A stretch of 62,451 bases of DNA, counting the filler. It is 4 parts of 4 records of this genome, joined end to end, with 100 filler letters (N's around TTAATTAATTAA, not from the genome) between each part and the next. Parts side by side here need not be neighbours in the genome. Positions count along the whole stretch, not along the records: positions 54,045 to 62,451 come from SRR20825019_1913; 3 more parts are not named here. One strand, 5' to 3'. Below the pieces are notes generated by a model, which saw nothing but the letters and a program-made list of their open reading frames with translations, did no database searches and was not told the origin of the DNA. Each line of letters opens with the position of its first letter. Position 1 is the stretch's first letter. This document shows positions 55,048 to 62,451 of the stretch, one piece after another. A program made the position numbers and the translations under genes.

Positions 55048-58000
55048 ATGTGGCTCACGGCGTCTCGGACTTACGCAGTACGTGTCTTTATTCTGTGTTG
55101 CTATGTCACGGCAACCATGGGACTTGGCAACCTAATGCCTGAGGGTGCTGGTTGGAAGGTTTGTGGGTATTCGCTCACGGGCCTCGAGAACCGCGGGCGC
55201 TATGGCAGTGCCAGCTTGGACGCAGACGGGTGGAGGCAAGCCCTGCATGGTGTTCCCGAGGAGCCTGACTACGGGTGTTATTACTACGACGTACTTGACT
55301 TTATGAATAGCTGGCCCGCCCACAATCTCCACGACCGGTTTGTTGTTACTTGCGAGGGCCTCTTCAGCGTGCAGGAGCCGGGGACGTACACATGGAAGAT
55401 ATGCGGTGATGACGGCCTGTTGATCGTCATTGACAACACTGTCCTGAGTACAGACAGCTGGAGGCTGCAGGGTTACAGGTGCTATGAGCAAAGCACCACC
55501 TTGGAGCCCGGGACCCACCAGATCCAGGTAGTGATGTACGAGTGGTATGGAGGCGATAAGTTGCGGCTGTATGGAGGGCCTGGCAAGGGCACGGAGGCGG
55601 TTGCGGACAACTATCATGAGATCTCCTCCGCCCCTGTGCGGGGGTTGTGCTATAACAATGAGAAGTACTTCACCCTGGGCGAGCAGCACGCCATGACCGC
55701 GTCATCGGGGTGTCAAACAGATGCCAAGGAACTGCCAGCGTGGGCCCAGCTCGCTCCGAACACGGAAACAACCTTGAATTTGGTTGGGTGGTCGAAGTTT
55801 GGGGCATCGTGCCTCGTTCTTGAGGACGGATCCTCTCACAAGACTGCCGACAAGGCTGCCGAGGAAGTGCCGGAGACCACTGTGGAGCTCGACACTGAAA
55901 CTTCAAGCAAAAAGAAGAAGACGTCGACCTCCTTGAAGACGGAGAAGAGCATCAGTGAAGTTGGCTGGACTGTGGAGCACCAGACCGTGGAGTGCTCCGG
56001 TAATGCATGCACGTGGTCATACAAGGTGACTGTGGCTAGCTGGGAAAAGGACCTCTCTCACTGGGTCCTGGAGCTCAGTTCTGGATGCAATATCGTATCA
56101 TCGACAGGATTCGGTGGGATTGACCTGGATCCAACCACCGGACTGGTCGGAGCAAAGTATGACACGCAAATCAACAAGAACACCGATGTCGTGCTGTCTC
56201 TCACCATCACGGGCGACTCCACCGCGGTGGCAAGGTCTTATACTGTCAAGGGCGGGACATACTTTGCCAAAGGAAGCACCGTGGGGCCATCGTGCGGCAA
56301 CACGGATGGAGCAACGTCAACGACCGTTACAACAGGCACACTTGACATTCCTGAGGGCAGCACTGACTGTGGCACGTCCAAACTAGTCTCAACTGGAGCC
56401 AATGTTTACAACGCGGACTGTGCGGATGGCATCAATAGGCGTATTCTTGCTAAGAAGGCCGGGTGTGATCCTGGTGATGTGGATATTGCCTCTCATGTCA
56501 TCAAGAATTTCGTGACGTTGAAGGGCCGCCGTTATGCCACTATCGATGATGCGTATCACCATGCAGCTCCCACGGGCGATGGGTGCGGTTACAAGCCTGC
56601 CGTGGTACCAGACGGCTGGTCAATTGCGCCTTTCAACAATGACAATATGCTCGTCAATGCGTACGGCAACGGCGTCTTGAAGTTTGGTACGAATTGCGTA
56701 ATATATTCCGATGGAAAGGGCAGATCCTCATCCCCCAACTCATTTGGGGAGACCTGTGCCGTTGATGCCATCGAGGCTCTCGACGTTACAAGTGGGCCGT
56801 CGCTGATTCGTGTTGTCAACTTTTGCGGGCGGATCCTGATTACACAGGATGCTCCTGACGGCGAGGCGGACACGATACCGGTGGATGCCCCTGCTCAATT
56901 CTCTGATGTTACAAAAACGAAGGCGCTCATGGGCTACCATTATGCTGTTCTTGACAATACAGCCAGTACGGAAAGGACTTCAGGCTGCCAGAGTACGCCA
57001 TTCCACCTGCCTTCAGGCTGGGAGCTTGTTCCATACAGCGATATCGCCAAGACTGTGTTCCGGCATTTCCCGTTTGGTACTAGTTGCCTCGTAACAGACT
57101 CTGGCGCTGGTATTGCATCTGGATCGTTCACGAGTGGCTGCGGGGACAATATCCTGTACTCACTTGCCGCTCACGGAACAGTATACTACACTGCGAAGGA
57201 ATGCAACAGCCGAGTGGTCATGCGACACAAAGAAGTATTTGATCAGGCTGCCTTGGCCGAAACGTGCGGCATCTGCACTGGCTGGGGCGACCCTCATCTT
57301 ACCACCTTTGACCGTACTCGATATGACTCTTATGGCGGAGAACAGATTCTCCACGTGACCTCCCCCAACCCCGACTACAAGCCCTGCGCGACATTTAATG
57401 ACCCCACGCACTACTGCGACTTCAACGTGTACACGTGGCAGGTTCCACTAGGGCATGTGGCCACGAACAAGGCAGTGATGGTGCGTCACGTGGGTGCAAC
57501 AGGAGTGGAGGAGAAGATCACAATCATAGGTGAGTTATGTCGTGGCCGGGTCTGACCAGTGTAGTGACGGTTACTTGTTCCAGTGGACCACACGATTAAG
57601 GTCCGTAGCAACATTGCCCATTTGGAGATTGATAACATGGTTGTCGACCTTTCCTTCGAGGTGGGCTCTATGACAACAACCCAGGGGGCCTCAGTCAAGC
57701 GCGTTCTTGGACGCAGAAACAAGCCAGGGTGGCTGATTACGCTGCCTAATGCTATCAAGGTTGAGGTGTCGTCGTCATTTTGGAAGCAACCGCTCTTGGA
57801 CTACAAGGTGACCCTCCCAAAGCGTTTCCGTGGAACACACACTGTGTTTGGTTTGTGTGGGGATTGCGACAGTGATCATAGCAATGACTACTATAATCCT
57901 GTCAGCAAAACCCCGGTCGATAAGAGTAGCATTACCGGCTCAAGGAAGGAAAAGAAAGCCAAGATTCAAAATGATTTCGTTAACACCAACAGAGTCGATG

Positions 58001-61000
58001 GAGATAATCCCATTCCTCCCACTCCTGAGCCGATGCCACCAGTCGTAGTCAGTGACCCTACCGCTCCGGGGGCCTGTGACATAGTTTCCGGCAAGGTGCT
58101 GGATTTGATCGACGTGTGTTGTGCAGATCTTGTTGATGAGGAGTACGAACTATGCCGCGATGAGGTGTGCATCAATGGGGGCTGTGCCTCCATAGAGGTG
58201 CTGGAGGAAGTCAATACCGCCGCGGACGAAGTCATTACCCAGGTGGATGATACTCCGCCAACCTGCGCCGAGGCCTCTACTGCCAATACTGTTGAACTCC
58301 CGAACGAGAAGGGCGGCCGCACCTATGCTGTTCTTGATGGTGCTTCAAATACGTCCCCCCTCAGCCCAGATCCGTGGCAAAGCGTCGACCTCTCCCTACC
58401 CACCGGATGGAGTATTGCCCCCCGCGATGAGATTAATATCGCCATGGCGTCCTGCCTACCATTTGGGACGGACTGTCTTGTGTTGGCTGACGGATCAGGA
58501 ATCTCTACCGACGGATCTGCTCGGCAGTGCGGAACGAATCTGATCATTCGCTCTGGCACCAATGGAGTCTGCATGCGACCCACAGGGTCCAATATGAGGA
58601 TCCTGATTATGAAGGACCTGGATTCAGCGGTTCAGGAAGTGCTCGTTTCGGCAGATCTCACAACTTCCAGCGGTTGGTTTCCTGAAAATCCTAGTGACAA
58701 TATCACCCCTGTCACTGATGATGAAGATCCCAGTGGAAACTCCTTCTCAACCGTTACAAGCACTGAGCGACGGGTTCAAGGATTGCAGCGCCAGTTTGGC
58801 CCAATGCCGACGTTATCGGGCGTGCAGTTTACGCAATGGACCAAGCCCTTCAGTGCATCCGTGTGGGTACGCCTAGGTGATGACGCAGCTGTCAACCAAG
58901 ACGCCCTTCCATCGGAGTGGTACTACGCTCAAGCCGACTTCTTGTTGGAGAATGGAGACACGCTGTCCACGCGTGCATTCCCTTTCTCACGATCCGGAGC
59001 GAATGTAGTGTCCCGTGGATGGGAGCAGCTTGTTCTCGACCTCAATCTACCAAAGCTCTATGCCAAGTACTACACCTCGATTCCGCACACCAAAGTGACT
59101 TCGATGACGGTTCATTTGGTCATGAACCAAATGACCGGGTCCGTTCAGTTTGGTGTGCCAGTTTTCAGCACTTCAAAACCCCAGCAGTTCAATATTGTGA
59201 AGAACGGTGATTTCAATCAGGACATCCTCCCCGCTGATGGTGACGCCTACGTGAATTGGCTTGTTACAGCAGGCTCGCCCGCGGTGGATAGAAGCACGAG
59301 TTCGCAAGGTCTTGGCGGGGACCCTACTGGTGGATCCGGTGCTCTGGTACTGAGCGGTGCGGGAAAGCAGCAGGCCACGGTGATGCATGACTTTGGCAGC
59401 ACGAATCAGAATATGTACGACGAAAGCGCTCCGAATACCATGATGATCTGTACTTGGCACAAGGCCAGTGAATTAGACGGCGTGGAGAGTGCCGGCTCGT
59501 CCCTTTACGTAGACTTTTTGTGCAACGAAGAAGGTGTCGCAGACTACACGAACTGTGCGGTCTTTGGGCAGGCTATCAGCACTCACGTGGGCACCACGGG
59601 ATGGTACCAATCGTGCCGCTCCTTTGTGACGAGGGGTGCAAGTCTAACCGGACGCGTTGCTATCACAGCGAGGATGATCCAGGGCAGCTCAACCTCGAAG
59701 TCATATTTTGACGGTGTCTTTGCCATGCCATCTTGCGAAGGTAGTGGTAGCTTTAAGCCGGATGCTCTTGTTTATGGTGACCCCCACATCATTACCGGTG
59801 ACGGTGTGAAATATGATGTCCAATCTTTAGGTGAATACACAGTATTCAGGAATGATGAGATGATTGTTCAGCAGCGCCACGTACAAGCCGGGTATGCGTC
59901 CATCGTCAGTGCCATTGCGGTGACACAGATAGTATCAGGCACGTTGGTACAGGTGAATGTTCCCAAGACGAATCAATTGGTGCCGATCGTCCGAGTGAAT
60001 GGGCAAGTTGTGTCCAATCTTCCACGGGTTGAAATTACCAATGACAGTGGCTCGGTCATCATACGTCGCACGGGGTCGCTGGTGTCGCCGTCCGAATCTG
60101 CTTTTGGGTCTGTGTTGCGATACTCCCTTCTCTTGAGAGGGACCGAAAGCCGTTGGGATGAGTCATCTGAGACATACAAGGAGGTTGGAGTGTACAATGT
60201 CATTGACATATCCATCCAAAACACAAAGTACGGCACTTCACTCATGAATGTCAATTTCCCTCGCCCGACGGAAAGCTCTCATCCGAGCGGCCTCCTCGGC
60301 AATTTCAACGGGGATCCCACCGACGACTTCATTGGAGCAGACGGCGTCCAATACTCCAATGCTGCCACCAGCAGTAGTGACCTGAATGCATTCGCTGAGT
60401 CCTGGCGGGTGAAGAAGGGGTCGGATTCCCTCTTCGTGTACGAACGAGGCGAGGATCTACAAACTTATTACAATCCTGACTTTGTTCCATTCTCCCTCAG
60501 CACGGCGTCGGAGGATGAGGTTGCGGCGGCTACCGAGACCTGTGTGAATGCCGGTGTTCCCGACAGTCACTTGGAGGTGTGCAAGTTTGATGTTCTTGCT
60601 GGTGGAGATGGGTTTGTTGTTGCGGCTGCTGGCATATCATCTTCGTACAACGATGGCGAAACTGAGGCACTCTACGATGCTCCTTCTTCCAGTGATGCGA
60701 CGGGTGAAGAAACCCTCACGTCAGAGGGCACGGGCGTATTGTTGGCGGTGATCTCGTCCATCGCCGGCGCGACGTTTTTCACGTGCATCTGTTGCGGGTT
60801 AGTACTGTTGGTTGGTGGAATCGTGGCCATTCGAGTCCTGAGGGTAACGGGATGGACGCTCATCAACCGTCGGGACGAGAGGGCGGATCTTCTCCAGCGT
60901 CCCAAGGGCGCCATCGACTTCACTAATGCCGCAACCTCGTCCGTTGATGTCGACTACAGGAAGGATTCGATCGTAGCGAGGCAGCTCTCAAACGCGGTTC

Positions 61001-61326
61001 AAATTGTGGCCAACTTGCTCAACGATGACCAAGATGGCCCACGGCCGGAGACTCCTACATCGCCCATGAAGGCCCCCTCCCCCATCAAGCGCCGTCGGTA
61101 TAGCTCGCTGGCCAATCTTAACGACGAGCCCGAACTGGTGAGTGCATCCCGCCGTGGCTCCAACGTGGTCCCCAATGCTGGCCGTTCTCTCACCTCAGCA
61201 GTCCGGGTAAAGGTGGACGACGACTTTTTCGATTCGGATGGCGACGAGGACGTGGAGAGCCAGAAGCAGCCGCAGGCCGAGGAACCCGCACCGCAAGCTA
61301 AGAGGTCGTACACGGCATTTGCCTAA
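55048..61326 (+). CDS. Large single-pass surface protein: PA14, four copies of an unrecognised Cys repeat, two VWD domains, carbohydrate-binding-like region, TM, cytoplasmic tail; one intron (57530-57583)
   Basis: Signal-like N-terminus (start uncertain); PA14 FVVTCEGLF..PGTYTWKICGDDG...H.IQV..YE..GG; VWD CTGWGDPHLTTFD...GLCGDCD and VYGDPHIITGDG...GLLGNFNGDPTDD...FAESW; TM ~60740-60840. Confidence 0.85.
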
Positions 61327-61414
61327 GGGCAGAAATACAAATAAACTAATGGATCTAGAAGCCAACGACGAGTTTTGGTGCCGCCAAAGCACAGTTTAAC
61401 AGGTAAATGTGCAG

Positions 61415-62003
61415 CTAGTGCAACATTTCCCAGGCCACGGTGCCGGCTACATAGAGCACATAGAGCTCTCCAAGATGGAACATTCCCCCAAACTTCCGCA
61501 AAGGATGCTTCACTCCGCCTGTCGCGTATGCAAAGTTACCAACCAGGCGAGTGACAAGAACAACGAGGCCCGCATGGCCCACGGCACGGGTGCGGTCTCC
61601 CGCGACGAGACCAGTGGCAAGGAAGATGGGCATGAACACACTCATGAGCTGATGAAGCCACACGTGTTAACCAGAACCAAAGTGTCCGCATTCACCATAC
61701 CTCAACGTTGTTCTGGTGGGCCCTTTGCGCGCACATGTACTGGGTCACGTCTTCCTCCGACAGCTTCTTCTCCTTGACCTCGGAGTCGCGGGGGTACAGC
61801 GTTGGCGCAAGGATATTGGTCCTCAAGCGCTGTTGAAGGACAACGGAGTCAGCTGTATGTACAAAGAACAAGCCTGACAGGGCTGACGGGCGACACACCT
61901 GCTTCACAACGGGGATAACAGCCGCAATCTGCTGGCCAAGGTACAGACCCACGCCCACAGCAAGAACATAGCCGAAGTCAGAGGAGATGTTGAGTGAAAC
62001 CAT
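61415..62003 (-). CDS. MAPEG family protein (microsomal glutathione S-transferase 3-like), 2 introns
   Basis: FGYVLAV, APTLYP, CAQRAHQNNVE, R..G..YATG. Confidence 0.88.
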
Positions 62004-62069
62004 TGTGTATCTGGGATATGATGCCCTGTCTGTCGTTTGCAAGTGATTAAATAAAGTCACCAAGGGCAC

Positions 62070-62451
62070 CGTGCGGACGTGGCAGTCGCCACACCAACGG
62101 CGAAACCCCAGCACACAGGCAGCTCACGGTACCCAGAGCACGTGAACCCCAGAGAACCCCTCGCCGTTGCCAGCTCACTGTGGCCAAAACCGCCACGCTC
62201 GCTGACGGTCCAACTCGGGCCGGGGTCCGGCCTGGGGCGCCCCGGCCTGCCCCCAGCTGGCGAGGCGCCCGGTCCACCGATTACGTGCAGTGCGCCGCCA
62301 GGGCCCCTTTCAGTGGCGCGGCGGCCCCCGCCGGCCGTGCCGTGCGGCGGGCCGGGCGCCCGGCCTCGGCGGCCGGCAATGAGTCCCGGTCCGGCCAAGA
62401 GGCACGGTCAGTGGCCCGGGCGCGGCCGGGCGGGCGCGGCCGCGGCTCGGC
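62070..62451. promoter_or_regulatory. GC-rich island upstream of the MAPEG gene
   Basis: Same composition and motifs as the other 5' islands; tttatttaa on the minus strand at ~62047-62055. Confidence 0.5.

Overview
The window is not one locus. It is four contigs joined by artificial linkers (N44-TTAATTAATTAA-N44 at 26660-26759, 41003-41102 and 53945-54044). Contigs 1 (1-26659), 2 (26760-41002) and 4 (54045-62451) come from a compact, intron-rich unicellular eukaryote with the standard code and mostly short GT-AG introns. Its genes largely alternate in orientation, with very GC-rich islands at 5' ends. They encode a giant LRR-ankyrin-polycystin-2-type channel, a cysteine-string DnaJ, RSL1D1, ERGIC3, a pappalysin-like metalloprotease, a cyclic-nucleotide PDE, TMEM135-like, a metacaspase, a BPI/LBP-like protein, an ATG26/UGT51-like sterol glucosyltransferase with FYVE, a large PA14/VWD surface protein and a MAPEG protein. 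Contig 3 (41103-53944) is bacterial and looks alphaproteobacterial: acyl-CoA ligase, amidinotransferase, a frameshifted nucleotidyltransferase, VOC, TIGR04372 glycosyltransferase, DUF3445, FKBP-rhodanese, Sel1, GNAT, agmatinase, a RelE/HTH toxin-antitoxin pair, DUF1062 and Fe-ADH. The top candidate for a new system is the channel gene. After manual splicing, its C-terminal tail holds a Nudix-like domain with a degenerate Nudix box, which suggests a TRPP-type nucleotide-sensing channel built convergently with TRPM2. Next are a four-copy ~100-aa Cys-containing repeat domain in the VWD protein and the motif-laden GC-rich promoter islands. All family calls come from recognising motifs by eye; no searches were run.
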